Source: Chiloscyllium plagiosum | Lineage: Eukaryota | NCBI RefSeq assembly: GCF_004010195.1 | Contig: NC_057753.1 | Coordinates: forward strand, 7,498,130-7,562,129 | Direction of reading: 5' to 3' | DNA: 64,000 bases | Part shown: in pieces, positions 37,674-51,774 of the stretch | Layout: each line of letters opens with the position of its first letter | How positions within the stretch are numbered: the first letter of the stretch is position 1 | Program-made: the position numbers and the translations under genes | Notes under the pieces: model-generated | Seen by the model: the letters and a program-made list of their open reading frames with translations, nothing else | What the model was told of the DNA's origin: nothing | Database searches by the model: none

Positions 37674-40189
37674 CTGTAAGGTGGAAGGAAGAAAAGAGAT
37701 ATCAAGGATAGAACCACAGAGGAAGAAACATGTTGATTTAATTTCTACAAGCTTTAATGATTATGCATGGCTGCATTTCCAGATTACAGAAATGCATAGT
37801 TTGATTTATAATAGTTTCTGTGCTCTGAGATCAGCTTTGATAGTTGTAGTGATTGAAATAAATATAAATATCGAAGAGAAGGAGGTTAACAGGACACATC
37901 CGAGATAAATAAAAAGAAGAACAGATATAGAAAGAAAATCCATGAATATAAATTAGAAGTTCAAAAGGTATCAAACATTTAATTATCTAGATCAATGAAA
38001 TAAGTGAGTGAAAGTGAGTGAAATGCACATATTAAGGAAGAAAAGATAACTTCAGGAAATTGAAATTGTATACATTGAAACGTTTACATAAAACCTATTT
38101 CAATATGTTAGAACCATTTCCTATTGACAGATCCAGCAGTCACTCAGCATGACTCAGCACAAATGAAACGTATTTACAAAGTTCACGTAAGAATCGCCAC
38201 ATTGATTCAAATAGTAGCAGTACCTTTAGTCCCAGTGAATGTTAAATTATTCAAATTGTCACTCAATATTTAAAGCAATCCGCAATTACCTAACAATTGT
38301 GATGCACAACGGAAAATCAAAGATATGCGATGCAACATTTCCTTAATACTATAGATAATCTGAAAATGCAGCCCAAATTTTGAAGATACGTATGAAATCA
38401 TTTGCTGTCGGTGACTGGTGCACTACTATCTCTTATTGAAGAATAACAATATAAAATAGATACAGATATTTACATAAAATAGAGTATAGAGGCAGACACT
38501 CATGTCTCTGAATAGAAGCTATGGTGAACCATGATAAATTCAGTGGAAGCTAAACATAAAAATGGAATGTAAAATAGATTTTGAGTTGCATGACCGAAAC
38601 GTTGTGCCAGGTGAGGTGAAAAATAGAGATGTATCCTGACCATAATAGTCAGATTGAAGCATCATTCAAAGGTTACTCCACAAGTAATGTTTAAAGGGAA
38701 TAATTAGGACCATACAACATGCATTGTTACTTCTTTCAGCAAGGAATCGAGGATCAACAAATTTAGGAATAAATGCGACAGATAAACTAGCTGATGCTAG
38801 AGAAACCATACTGTGAAATGCATTCTGAATAAATTTTGTTATTCACTTCGTGCTTCACGCTTGTTGTAAGCACCTTGAGCTATAAGTTACCGGTATTGCA
38901 TTTATGCTTGCAACGTAAATCACTACATATATATGTTAGCGTCAATTTACTGAATGATTGAAAAAAAGGAATTAAAAAGTGAATTTCCCATTTTATCAGT
39001 TGCATAGTAAAGCTAATACAAGGGAAGGAATACTTATGTCGATTTGCCATAACGATGCCTACTAATTGGTGCCTTTTGATATGAATATCATTCTTGTAGT
39101 CTGTTGATTAATCGATTCTTCTTCATTTTCTCAACAGATGTTCAATGCTGGAAATGTTTCGAAATCAATCAACTCGTTTTCATGCTCATCACTTTGATGA
39201 TCAATTTGGTTTTAAAAAGAAGATGCACCGAAGCTCTGAGTCTTATCATTGTATTATATTATAGCACTTATTATAATCCTTCGAGTTCTGTTCGTGTTCA
39301 AAACGCAATTCATACAATCTGAAACATGGAACAGGAAGACTTTATTTGCTTGCTTCGTTTTTCAGTCAGAACATGGATGATTTCTCTTTTAAACGTATCC
39401 GTCAGTATACTCTCAATAATATGTCTTCTACCAAAAAGTGCAACTTAATGAATAAAACTTTCTATTACTCAAACTTAGATAACGTCAGTAAAAGAAAAAC
39501 AAAAGTTAAGTCGGATAAGAGAGGCAATCAGCTCGTTGTATAAGTAGCTGTCGATATATAGTTATTTTTTGAATCATCAACTTGAGAATTACGTCCAGAG
39601 ACCTTCACTTTCTGACACTTTAATAGCATATAGACCTATACGTAAAATATGTTAGCAGCATTATTTAGGCAGTAAATTCCACTGTGAAGAAAGATGCGTC
39701 TATTTCAGCAACTAGATGAACATTTGTTCGAACTGCTTGAGTCCATGCCATCCGCCTCTTCATTTTATGCAGTGCTCTTTTCTATACCCTTTTTTTAAAC
39801 TTAGTATACACCAATCAATTTATATGCAATCAATTTCCATTCTCGAAGTATTTTTGAGAAAGAATTATTAATTGAATTTTACAAGAAGAAGTGTTCGGTC
39901 ATTTCACGTGCACGTTGAGATACTTTTTGCGCACAGCAGAAAATTCAATGATTTAGTTATACCACCTCATACCATTAACACACTGGGATTTCATGATCTT
40001 CCAGAAACAGAACTGGGCTGGTCATTTACGTGCTGTCCCTTCAAGGTCAGTTCAAATGCTGGGGGAGAAAAGCAGAAGAACAATGCACTTCCTTACTCCA
40101 CAAACCCGAGTCACAATCTCCAAAGAGGGATGCAGGAGCGTGAGGGAACAATTCCACTTTTTTGATTCTGAAGACATCAAAACCATTCC

Positions 40190-40620
40190 AGAACTATGAA
40201 AGCATCAACTGAAAACGAATTAATTGTTTGACATCCTCACCTAACATCGGTAGAATCTGACATCTTTCCATCACTGAGACACAGTGGCATCTACAACATG
40301 CATTGTGAAATCTTATTTAGGTTCAATGTAGAACACCTGAGGAAGATCCGACTTTGAAGAAATCGAAGGCCATTAGCAGCATACCCTATGGGACACCGCC
40401 AGGTTCAACCTTCTTTCCAAACATTAAAACATTTGAACTCTACCGATATTCTTTCATTGATACTGCGCCAAAATACTATACCTCCCTGTCAAAGGTCATT
40501 TTCAGAGTACACAGAGAACATGCATAGTTTCAAGCAGCAATCTTATCATAGCCTTCGCAGAGCGATTGCGCTTGGATTTAAAATCTGATGTATCGAGCTA
40601 CACCCACATCTCAGGCATCA
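40190..40620 (+). mobile_element. Old CR1/L2-group LINE 3' fragment (same family as 46830-47260)
   Basis: Colinear with the reverse complement of the 46.8-47.2 kb segment. Confidence 0.5.
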
Positions 40621-40844
40621 TCGAAAGTTAAAATCGAAATCTAAGTTCATGCCTTCACTTTTATCAGCTTTTAAAAACTTTAGACACAAAGCAACTTTTT
40701 AAAAAGTCATAGACACCTGCATTTGATAACAGCTTGATTTGTTATTATTGAAGTCAAATCTATGCAGCACATCATCAAAATCTAAACAATGAAAATATGA
40801 CATCAGTTCTGATGAATCAACGCTTCCTTCACAGATGCGCGCAA

Positions 40845-40920
40845 ACACACACACACACACACATCTAATCTGTAAGATGAATTTTCATTTGCCGGTTTGT
40901 ACACACACACACACACACAC
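40845..40920. repeat. Two (CA)n microsatellites in the gene B intron
   Basis: Direct reading. Confidence 0.9.
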
Positions 40921-41075
40921 CTACCGGAGGTGTGGGGCCCGGAAAACCACGTATCTGATTTAAATAACATGTTGCAGACGCATTGCATAGATTCTATGTA
41001 TCTGCATTAGAATCCACATTGAGACAAAAGTTACGAACTAAAGAATTTATAATATAACTTATTGCAATGCTTCAC

Positions 41076-41145
41076 CTGGGACGGCAATAACTGCAAGTGC
41101 AGTGTAATATGTAGCATATACCAAGCCTTTTGGCGGTGCGTGCAT
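41076..41145 (-). CDS. GPR139-like GPCR gene B, exon 1 (MHAPPKGLVYATYYTALAVIAVP)
   Basis: 70-nt ATG exon ending CCAG|GTGAAG; same length, phase and YY..LA.I.VP motif as exon 1 of gene C; splices in frame to 37673. Confidence 0.88.
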
Positions 41146-41220
41146 TCTGCTGTCAGAGTCAGAGACAGCGACGCCTGTTCAAAACCTGGCACGCTCTCTA
41201 TTCAGATTTAAAGTGCATCC

Positions 41221-41230
41221 CTTTTTATAT
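41221..41230 (-). promoter_or_regulatory. Putative TATA box of gene B
   Basis: Minus strand reads ATATAAAAAG about 80 nt upstream of the ATG at 41145. Confidence 0.5.
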
Positions 41231-42134
41231 CTAATGTTAATCGAACAAGCTCACAATTAGATGGTATCATCATTACAGTTACTTACAGTCATTGAACAAA
41301 TTAATTAGATTGCATCACCATGAGTATCATTTGCAGTTAATGAGCAACACGTTAAATGAGTTCTAATTGTAAATTTCTGATGAGAATTCGAGTGATTGGC
41401 CAAGATTGCAATTGAATTTGAATGTATAGTTTTGCTTAAACCCGTTTCCCCATGTTATGTATTTTCAAACGAGGTTCTTGGCAGCCCACCTTTTTAAATT
41501 GATATCAAGAACAAATCATAAACCTAGGTTATTATGACTCATCCCATACTAGTTTGAGACTGCCATCTTAAATGCAAAGTATCTTTATTGTCCAGACATA
41601 CGGTGTTCTTTCGCGAACTGCCATTATCAATTCCCCACTTTGGAAAGTGCTACTCTTATTCATTAAACATCGTGAAATTCCTCTTTCCATATTCGTCGCT
41701 GTATTTCTTAAAATTTCATTTAAGAAAACAGCTGCACGAGATGCAAAATTGTACTATTGATTTCGAAACACATAAAATGGATATTTTGAACTTTATCATA
41801 TAAAATCCTAACATAAATTTGCAATGATCTTGTCTCTTGATGTTGTGGCGGTACCGTTGAGAATGAAACTAAGCATGTGTTATCATTAATGTTGCATCCG
41901 AAAGTCAGAAAAAAGCACAGTGGACATCCCAACAATTAGCAGCAGGAGCTAAATTATACCAGCCTTAAAAAAAGTTGAAAATGTTCAACAATTCCAACAT
42001 TAACTGTGAAGAGAGAGAAATAATTGTGCCTTTGGTTCAATGGTCATTCAGGGACAGTGTACAACGTGAAAGTGTTGGGCTTCACCAAAAATAAAAGAAT
42101 CAATGGAAGATGAGTGAAACGTTTATGGACAAAG

Positions 42135-42218
42135 GATGGAAGGGAGCAGACAGACGTCGGATGGCTGGATAGATGGATGGCTGGATGGTCCAACGGGCAG
42201 CTGGTCTGACGGACTGAC
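42135..42218. repeat. Degenerate (GGAT/GGAC/GGCT)n tetranucleotide repeat
   Basis: Direct reading. Confidence 0.7.
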
Positions 42219-42894
42219 TAAAATTCGTTGTTACATTTCTCATTTGTGACCGACGCCTTTGCAAACTGTTGCAGTTCATTTTGTTTCATTTGATTTTATA
42301 TTTGTCACTCCTTAGTTTTGTCTGATATCATGGATCACGGAATTCATTCAGACAACAAGCACGAATGACCTGCAAACCACAAGGAGAAATCTCGGAATAT
42401 CCATGACACATCAATGATTCTTCTTTATCGACGATGAACCTGCATCTCAAGGATAGGAAGTTCGGTAGAAGGCTGAGTTGAGAAGTCATGCTTTTCAGAT
42501 GAGAAATTGACTTTCCTTCCTCGTTGCAACACATCACTTCAAATGTACCTATCAGGAATATTGCAAATAACTGACTGTGCTTTATTTTGACTACTTTGGT
42601 AATTAACTGGGTATTCACCAATGATGGTTCAAGTAGCGCCTTCGGAACTGCATGGAAAAAAAATTGAATGAACTATTACTTTCCTCACAAAGACACATCG
42701 GACAAAAGAGTTAAGTATATGTTATGTACATTCGAGATTACAACAGCATTTATTTTTTTCCTTCAGTTTATTTTTTATTCACAATGCGCAGAACATTTAA
42801 ATCAGTCATTGAGAGGAGTTAAATAATTTTCAAGAACTCATGACTGAAGTCAGAATCTTCAATGAAATATGACCATGAACACAGTTATGGAGAC

Positions 42895-43385
42895 ATCGAA
42901 TGCGAAAGAATGATACAGCACGAAAACCGAACCTATAGTTCGCATAGTCCATGCTGATCAAATGTCAACATTAAACTTGTCTTCTTACTTGTGTTTGCAT
43001 CATATTCCTTTAAACCTTTTGTGGTCATGTACCTGTCCATATGTATGTTAAATATTGTAACAATACCTGCATCGAACTATTCTTCTGGAAGCTTATTCAC
43101 CATAAGTATCATACTTTGTGTGAAAACAATGACCCTTCGGTCCTTTTCAAATCATTCCCCTCTCACTTTAAAATCATTTCTTTAATTTTGAGCTCCGCAC
43201 CTGAGTGAAAACCCTTGCAGTTCACCCTCTTTATGCCCCTCGCGTGTATATCATTCAATCAAGTCACCGTGCAACCTCCTGTGCTTCAGTGAAAAGAAAT
43301 CCCGTCTCTCCAGCTTCCCTACAGTCACACCCAACTCAAACCCTACAGTCCCAGCGACATCGTTGTGAATCTTTTCTAAATCATT
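42895..43385 (-). mobile_element. CR1/HER1 LINE 3' fragment
   Basis: Colinear with 5040-5530. Confidence 0.75.
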
Positions 43386-43920
43386 TTACATTACTTTCTG
43401 TAGTTAATGAAAAGTATGCATTATTTCATGTATAAGGTATTATTTATTATGAGGCTTAATATGATTGAGGGCATACATGAGACACACAGTAAAATGGCGA
43501 GTACGTGCAGAAAAGTCATTGCATATCCAGATCACTCAGATAGATGGGGGATTGTAGGCAAGGTGAGAAGTTAGTTCAAAACTTTCCTTTGGCGATTCCT
43601 CTATCAAATAGTAAAACAATTTTAGGTACAGATTAAAATGATAGTCTCTCATAGGAAACTATATCTGGCAATCTGTTCTTGCCCACGAAGAGTGCTTCTT
43701 ATATTAGGCAGTGTTTATCAAAATTTAGATGAGTATTTGGCATTACGGATTGTCCATTCAGGGGCACAAACAGCAACTTCTGTGTTAACGAGCGTGAACT
43801 TTCAAATAGAATTAAGTTTATTGTCATGTGTGCTCAAGGTCAAAACCGAGGTGTACAGTGATATGTGTACCTTGTCGGCACTCAAGGTGCCATCTTTGAA
43901 CAAGTACCGAGGTACCGATT

Positions 43921-44860
43921 TTCGGCAAGAAAATAGGGAAATAAACAGAAAAGCTAGAACGTTCACATTTCAGTCGATCAGAATATAAATGAGGAGGATA
44001 AGTAAATAAAGTTTAAAGATGAACGTTGCATTCCTTCTGTAATCAGCAATCTGTTTTCCTGATGAAGGGCTCCTGCCTGAAGCGTCGATTTTCCTGTTCC
44101 TCGGACGCTGCCTGCCCTGCTGTACTTTTCCAGCACCACATTAATCTTGACTCTGATCTCAAGCTATCTGCAGTCCTCACATTCGCCTATTCTGCCTATG
44201 CTGTCAGCTTTCCAACCGTAGTCTCACTTTTCATCTACATCCAGCTGCGAGATGTGTGACAGACTTACCACACTGTGTCCCAGCTTATCAGCTGCACTGA
44301 CTGTGCGACCACTGGGATCCCCTCTCAGATCGGGCCCACTGAGCGCTGACTATTCCACTCAGCCATGGCTGGGTGACTGCTGGCCCTTCATTCGGCAAGA
44401 AAATAGGGAAATAAACAGAAAAGCTAGAACGTTCACATTTCAGTCGTTCAAAATATAAATGAGGAGGATAAGTAAATAAAGTTTAAAGATGAACGTTGCA
44501 TTCCTTCTGTAATCAACAATCTGTTTTCCTGATGAAGGGCTCCTGCCTGAAGCGTCGATTTTCCTGTTCCTCTGACGCTGCCTGACCTGCTGTACTTTTC
44601 CAGCACCACTTTAATCTTGACTCTGATCTCAAGCTATCTGCAGTCCTCACATTCGCCTATTCTGCCTATGCTGTCAGCTTTCCAACCGTAGTCTCACTTT
44701 TCATCTACATCCAGCTGCGAGATGTGTGACAGACGTACCACACTGTGTCCCAGCTTATCAGCTGCACTGACTGTGCGACCACTGGGATCCCCTCTCAGAT
44801 CGGGCCCACTGAGCGCTGACTATTCCACTCAGCCATGGCTGGGTGACTGCTGGCCCTTCA
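43921..44860. repeat. Tandem duplication, 2 x 470 bp
   Basis: Units 43921-44390 and 44391-44860; 7 substitutions found by eye and no indels; each unit holds a Penelope-type end. Confidence 0.95.
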
Positions 44861-45089
44861 ACCCCAGGCCGTCAGCGAATGCAGCACTGCTGTTCTCTTT
44901 GCAAGACAAATTAGGTTCAACAAAAAGTGAGAATTTTTTTTAAAAAGTACAGGAGAAGAAGAGAGAAGTAGACGAAAATGACAAACCCCAGGCTGAGCCA
45001 GAATGTTGCATTCCCCATTCCGGGCATCAATCTGGGAAGGTAGTTGCTTTCCTGGTTCTACGATTAAGGATATCCAGAAATGTTTGAAG

Positions 45090-46805
45090 CATATTGTTAA
45101 AGTGCAGACTGAGAAGCTGGAAAGTATTGTACACATTTATAGGAATTGCATTTAGAAGGAATAGTTTTAAGCTTTACACATGGAACACTGGAGTTTAGGC
45201 CACAGATTTAAAACAAAAACAACATTAAAAGGTCGTACGTACGTTACTCGCAATGCCAATTTCAAATGAGAGAAGAAGCAATTAGATAAAGAACATGCAT
45301 ACATATCTGAAGGGGTGTTGTATTGTTCAGGCATTCAGGTTTTTAGAAAATTTGATTGTATTCTGGGAAGGGAAAGTTGAGCTTAACTTGAAGTGGAAAA
45401 AAACTGATGTCTAAGCAGGGGACTTGATAATGATGGACCGGGGTTGGGAGGACGGTGGGTTTGGAGGACACAGAATTAATTCGAAACGATGATATGGAAT
45501 GTTCTGAATGTGTAAACTGGAAGGCAGTATAAAAGATAAATTAACAATGGAGAGTCAGATAATTTCGTAACCCTAATGAATTAAACTGAATTTATTTCAA
45601 TACAAGGCGTCTTATAAGTAAGGTTTCATGAAGTCGCAATATATTTGTGAACATAGGTTTGGGTTTTTATACCTATTACATTAATGTGGCTGACGGATGG
45701 ACAAGGCAGGCAGCTCAATGTTGTGAAGTTTAGATGTCAGAGGAAGAAGAGAAAGGGAAACATGAAAAGGGGGGACTGGAGCTTTGTTTGTGGAAATCCT
45801 TGCTGCTCCAACTAGGAAAGATGTTTCTAAAAAAACAGAGATTGTTTAGGCTTTAGAGATTTGCAATCAGGAAGGAAAGATCATTTTGATGGATTGTACT
45901 ACAGCTCCCCCACCCCAAACCCACCCCCGCCCCAACCCCCAAGTAATCAGAGGGAAATTGAGAAACAAATAATATTCAGACTTCTTAGAATATGTAAGAA
46001 TAATAAAGTTATAATAATAGTTTAAATTTACAAACATCGCGTTAAAAGATTTACATGGTGAAGAATTTGTTAAATGTGGGCACTAAAACTTCATTTATTA
46101 GTATTTATTAGTGTTCCTACTTGACCTTGCCATGGGTAGGAGACAGATCTGACACTGGGAGAAAACGTTTGGTCTGGCGATCATCATTCGAAAATGTTTA
46201 TGGAATAGAACAAGCCGTCCATAAAAGTTAAAAATTGTAATTGGCGTAAAGCGAATTATAATGCTATGTGACAATAACTTTCAAAGGTTGTTCGGAGTAT
46301 GTTCACAGGTAATGTCTGACAAGAGGGAAGCGTTCAAACGTGCGATGCTAAGAGTTCAAAATGATGATGTTTCTGTTAGAGTGAGAAGTGAGGCAGGTGA
46401 GATTAACGAACACAGGGTGAATAAACATATCCAGCTTCTAGTCAAGAATAAAAGAAAATCTCACGGTAATTGTAGAGAACTGTATTCAAATAAGTCTCTT
46501 CTTTCAACGTACAGAGCGTAGGGGCATTCTTTTGGATGACAATTGAGAAAGTAACGAGGCAAAATGAGAGCATTAGCAAAAAAGGTGAAAGATACACTAA
46601 AGCGATTCTAAAAGTAAATTAAAAGTTAGAGGAAAACGAGACAGAGGGAGAGAGTAGAGCATCTAAAAGAACAACGATGTTCACTTTGTTGGTTGGAGGT
46701 TGCAGAGATAACAAATGGAACCTTCGCATAACTCTTGTTGTGCAGAAAGAAATTGAAGCTATAGAACACAGGGAAATACATATTGATGCTTTAAAAACAT
46801 TCAAT
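45090..46805 (+). mobile_element. Heavily decayed CR1 LINE (ORF1 end to ORF2 N-half)
   Basis: Fragments resembling APE and downstream motifs (DLAMG, GDHH, NWRKANY, NTEK/KRF). Confidence 0.6.
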
Positions 46806-46829
46806 TTGCAGATTCTATTTTATGTATTC

Positions 46830-47260
46830 GTTTGGGAGGCATAAACGTTAATGTTCACTGCAGTTGTCCTTGGAAAATAGTATTGAGTTGCCTTCATGAA
46901 ACTTTGCAGTCCACCTGCTGTGGACTGACCAAAATGCCATTAGGGAAGAAATTCCTACACATTGACCCAGCGATAGTAAAGGAATAGTCACAGAGGAACT
47001 GCAAGTTAGCATGATGAGTAGCTTGGAGAGGAGATTGAAGGCATTGGTGTTCCCATATATCTGCTAGCCTTCCCCGTGTAGGTGGAATTGGTCGTGGGTT
47101 TGGAAGGTACTGTGTAAGCAACTTTGGTCAATTTCGGCGGTGCATCTCGTAGGCAGTACACCTTTCTACCACTGAGCTTCTATAGTGGAGTGAATGGCTA
47201 CTTGTGCATGTAATTCTCAACTATCGGGTTCCTTTGCCATAAATGTTGTCAACCGTCTTG
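46830..47260 (-). mobile_element. Old CR1/L2-group LINE 3' fragment
   Basis: QYLPNPRP..ADIWEHQ..SFTIAGS..NFFPNGI ORF fragment at 46894-47121. Confidence 0.55.
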
Positions 47261-48759
47261 AGTGTTGTACACATATTCCGAAATCAAAGTTGTTTTTTAC
47301 AGACTGAAGATATAATTAAGATATATGGATTATTCTATGCGCTTAGAATCCCTAATGAATATAGAATCCTATCAATGTTGTATCCCTCCAGTGTGGTAAC
47401 AGATCCTTCGGCCCAAAAAGTCCACACCACGTAGACCCACTCCCAAAACTTTTATCTTATATGTTTGCCACACAAGACCAACGAACCTCGTCATTATCAC
47501 AGATTAAATGATGTTGGTTCGTGTTATTAATTACTGACAAAGAAAGGCAATCTGTTCTGACCCACCTGCTTCTTTCTCAGATAAAACCGAGCAACATATC
47601 GTCACTAGTCCCACTGCCATTCTAAAGTGCACATCTCCATTCCCTTTTCCTGACTAAGCTATGGTGGCTAACCTCAGTGGATATCGTCCCAAATTAGATG
47701 ACACTGCACAATCTAACCTGTTCTTGTCCTACACCAGACTCCGTATCTCCTCACCAACTTATGTGCCAGATCACAGCACAGAGCCCCATAGCATGGCTCT
47801 TTATTCCGAGGTGAGCCATAACAGTTTTACAGAACACCATATAAACCACAAACGGAGAACCAATTTCTTCACATAAACAGTTCTCCTCCATTTATTAGCC
47901 ACGTTGCAACAGTTCGGCATTTCTTGACCATGAGATGACAATCAATTCATACCCCACTCTATCTACTGTAGAACAAGTTGCATTTCTTAATATTCCCCAC
48001 ACGAAATGCAATCACATTGCTACACACAATATGCTCTTCTCGAAGGCATGTACCAGATGTGCAAAGTTCGTTCCCCTCCAGGTCAGAGCATTTGCAGGTT
48101 CACTGATTGTCTGTGAAATAATTCCCCATGCGAAATGTCCTCCTTCCGGACGCACAGCAGTACATCATTAACTCCTAAGCAACATTTCATCAAAATAGAG
48201 TTCTCTTGGCCGGAATGAACCAGTATTCCGAATTACAAAAGTTTCTGTCCATAACTAAATGCTACTTCATGACATCACCGTTTCCTGTCGCTGACAAAAG
48301 AACGAGCCTCACCACAGCCATTCATCTCTCAGAATATATTGCACTGTTCTTTACGATACAGGATGCAGCATGAAATTCCTCTCCTCTCCCGATGTTGCAG
48401 ATGTTGTTGAGTTAAGAAGAGATGTCAACATTTGCTTGACACCGATTAAACCAAGAAACAATTGGTGAAAAAAAACCTTTTATCTGATTTAAGAATGCAT
48501 CTGAATATCTTCACGTAGAAGAGTATGGCGCAAAAGGTGATGATGGATTGTAAACGTGCTCATCAATGGTTGATTTTGCTATTCGATAGAACGTTAAGCT
48601 AAGTACGAAGTTAGTTATGCACAGATTGTTCAGATACAATTTACCAGAATGATTCCCTTCTGCTTTTTGGAAACTCTGTGATACTATTATCCCCAATTGA
48701 GTCTAAATTAAGGCTCTACATATTAATAGTCACACTCCTCCCCTCCCCAAACCCAATTC

Positions 48760-49640
48760 AACATGATCTTGGGCGATTCGGTGCCTTAATTCTGCATTCT
48801 CAATTTTTCCCCATAAACCTTGGCGCCTTTGAAACCGAAGCATTTTTCTCCCTCGTTCTTGAATATGTTCATTAACTTGAATTCACAGACATCTATGTTC
48901 GAGAATTCCCAAGGTTCGTTTCAGTGATTAAATAATTCTTCATTTCAGTCCAATCGTTTTACCTCATACAAGAGTCTGTTTCTATTCCTTGAGTGCTCCC
49001 AAACAAGAAACATAATGTCCGAAGGATTTAGACTATCCAGCTCTGTGATAATATCAACCATTCTGCAGTGATTTCCCTTTCTCACCCTGAAGAACTCTCA
49101 TAAATACAGGACCAACACATTCTCTTCAGAGGACAGTACTGCCAACACTGGCATCATCCAAGTGAACCTGTGTTACAATTCTTCTCCTTTATTAAGTAAA
49201 GACACAAAAATGGCACAGAGTACATTGTGATTAAAATGCAGTAAAATATCATTTCTTCTGACTTCAGCCGTCTCTCTACTTTCAGTGACTTATGTGCAAG
49301 GATCCTAGATTATCTTGTTTACCAGTGCTTTCAAATATGTCAGTATTTAAATAGCACTTTCCATCTCTATCTGTTTTTTTCATGCCGAAGTTTATGACTT
49401 CACATTTGGCCACGTTGTCCTGCGTCAACCACTCGCTCTTTGTCCAATCACTTAACTTGGCTTAATCACCATGATGTGTACTTGTATCCACCTCAAAGGT
49501 CACTCTCAATCTGTTTTGTGACATCAGCGCTTAGCAAATGTTGCATTTCATTCTCTCATTCAAATTATGTATGTATGCCAAGAATAACTGGTGTTGAAAC
49601 ATTGATGCATATGGTATCACACTCATCAGTACCTGTCCCT
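48760..49640 (-). mobile_element. Old CR1 LINE 3' fragment
   Basis: gtgacatcagc (ADVT/ADDT), acttcacattt (KCEV) and a CR1-like 3' UTR. Confidence 0.6.
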
Positions 49641-49669
49641 TAAAAAAAAACAAATAATCCCCATTTCCA

Positions 49670-49962
49670 GGTTTCCTGCAGTGTAGAAACAGGCCCTTCG
49701 GCCCAACCAGTCTACACCGACCTCCTGATGAGTAACCCACCCAGATCCATTTCCCTCTGACTAATGCACCTAGCACCATGGGCACTTCAGCATGGCCAAT
49801 TCACCTGGCCTGCGGGAGGAAACCAGAGCACATGGAAGAAACCCACGCAGGCACGGAGTGAATGTGCAAACTCCACACTGGCAGTCAACCGAGGCTGGAA
49901 TTGAACCTTGGTCCATGGTGCTGTAAGGCTGCAGTGCTAACCACTGAGCCACCATGCCGCCC
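49670..49962 (-). mobile_element. HE1-type V-SINE with internal deletion
   Basis: Full head gggcggcatggtggctcagtggttagc, V core and tail. Confidence 0.9.
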
Positions 49963-49969
49963 TACAAGT

Positions 49970-50840
49970 TGTAATGCGATGATGCTCCTTCTTTAAAAAG
50001 GTTGTGCTGCCCTAGTCGTTTTGTTTTGTTCCCTGAGAATCCATAAGAGAAGCAACACCAAAACGCTTGGCCTTTGATAGGTTTATGGGCAGTTTGATTA
50101 GGGCCAACTGATACTGCCTCAGACAACGGGCTTTCAAATTGATTTTATTTTGAAATTGTACAAAGAAAGGACCAATCTCCCAACAAATCTTTCCTCTAGT
50201 TTGATTCGGTTTTGGCAGTCTAGTTGTTCGCTGAAAACATTCAGGCAGCTTTGAGCCTGCTGATCCAGGAGACTGATAAATGAAGGAAGCAAGACCATGC
50301 TGATCCTCTCTCTCTGACATCTCTCTTTCTCTGCTGTCAGACCCTGTGTGTACCAAGGAGTGTTTATGGGAATTGTTGCAAGTATTTCAAACAACATCAT
50401 TATGTTGACATAAGCTGTTGGAGTTTCAGATAGTGTACATTATTTGAAATTAACTCTTAGTAAAATAACAGGAGGTCATATTACCCGCCACAACAGACCA
50501 AGATAGATAAATAGTAAGCGGTATAGAGTATCAGTCCTTCATCGGAGCGTCACTGATGTTGGTACCTACCAGTGGTGACGAAACCTCTGACAACAAATTT
50601 ACTTGTTCAGCGAGTAAACGTACATCCTGGATCTCAGTTATTATGTGTTCTGTTCTCTTTTGATTGTACTTCTTTCCGCAACTACATTTTGCTTTGGTTG
50701 AACCTGAGTGGTTTGACCAGCTACATCCCTCCTGGAAAATTCGTGTTACAACTGCTTAAAACAAGTAAAACAACCAGTATAGTTAGGATTTGAGGTTCTT
50801 TCTTGAAGTGTTTTGATGGGATCTGGCCTGGTCCATAAGA
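49970..50840 (+). mobile_element. Solo Gypsy-type LTR interrupted by a Penelope end (about 50465-50640)
   Basis: TGTAAT start; end gatctggcctggtccataa resembles the LTR end at 63845. Confidence 0.55.
50465..50640 (+). mobile_element. Penelope terminal repeat with hammerhead-like motif at 50550-50590
   Basis: TCA-CTGATGT-tggtacc..ggtgac-GAAAC-CTC-TGA; same family as 16888-17052. Confidence 0.6.
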
Positions 50841-51774
50841 GCAATGTAGCTCTGAAGAACCGTGTTCGTGGCATATTGGAAGCTTTTCCCGATGGACTTG
50901 CACAGAATTTCAGTTGATTAAGCGAATTCGATTTCCCTTTTTAATTGCTGGACGGGCGTACTTGAACGTTACTTCAACATTGCTTGCCAGATTTTCCCCC
51001 TGATTCAGTTCCATAATACTCTGTCTTCATGTGCAGTTAATTTCTCAGTATGAGTCCTCGGAATTACTGCCCCAATATTCCTGAATACAGTGCCTTCATA
51101 TGATATGTGTTGCCCTACAGAATAAGTGGAATGGTTTGGAGACTGACAAAACTGTTGTTGGAATCGAAACTATACGGTTGTAATTGACCACGAATTTAAG
51201 AAGACACTTGGCCAAAAACATGTTGCAAATGGTTCATCGAACTAAAAACAAATGTAGCTTTGAAATCTATATGTCCCTGGCACGTTTTGAGGGGAGAGGA
51301 TAAGATTGATTTTTTAAGTTTCCTTCAGCTGCATGAGATGGTAATCGTTGGAAAGCAATTGCTTTTGGCTTGAGTTACACTATTTCAGTCAGAATAATCC
51401 ATTAAGTTGAAGCGCAAATTTCGAATGTCACTTGATGTCTGGATGCCTCTAAGATTGCATTGATGGCTTATCCAAACAACTAGATTCTTAAAGTTTAAAA
51501 TGTTCTTTCAATACACATTATACAGGTGTGGTTGCTCTTTGGTTTGTAATATTCCATTCTAAAGTTTTGATCACGATTGTAACACTATGGCAAGAATTTT
51601 TAATTCGCCTCTGTAACTTCTCATTAACAGAATTTGTCAGAGAGAAAGGTGCAAGGGAATCTATGACTTTTGGAACATGAACGGTGTTGGAAAATAAGAA
51701 ACATTTCATGGTAATTCCTTGTGGACATGATATATACTGCAATAAATGGATGTTCCTTTTGATTGCTAAGTTAT

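Noticed and set aside
38140..38160. Tandem ARE/AP-1-like motif (tcactcagcatgactcagca) in the gene B intron
   Set aside because: Short motif with no conservation evidence available; could be chance.
45906..45940. C-run tract with G-quadruplex potential (also 11334-11358)
   Set aside because: Low-complexity sequence within or near decayed repeats, with no functional context.
47560..48390. Possible retroelement-derived segment
   Set aside because: Looks repeat-like, but no diagnostic motif could be read, so no family was assigned.
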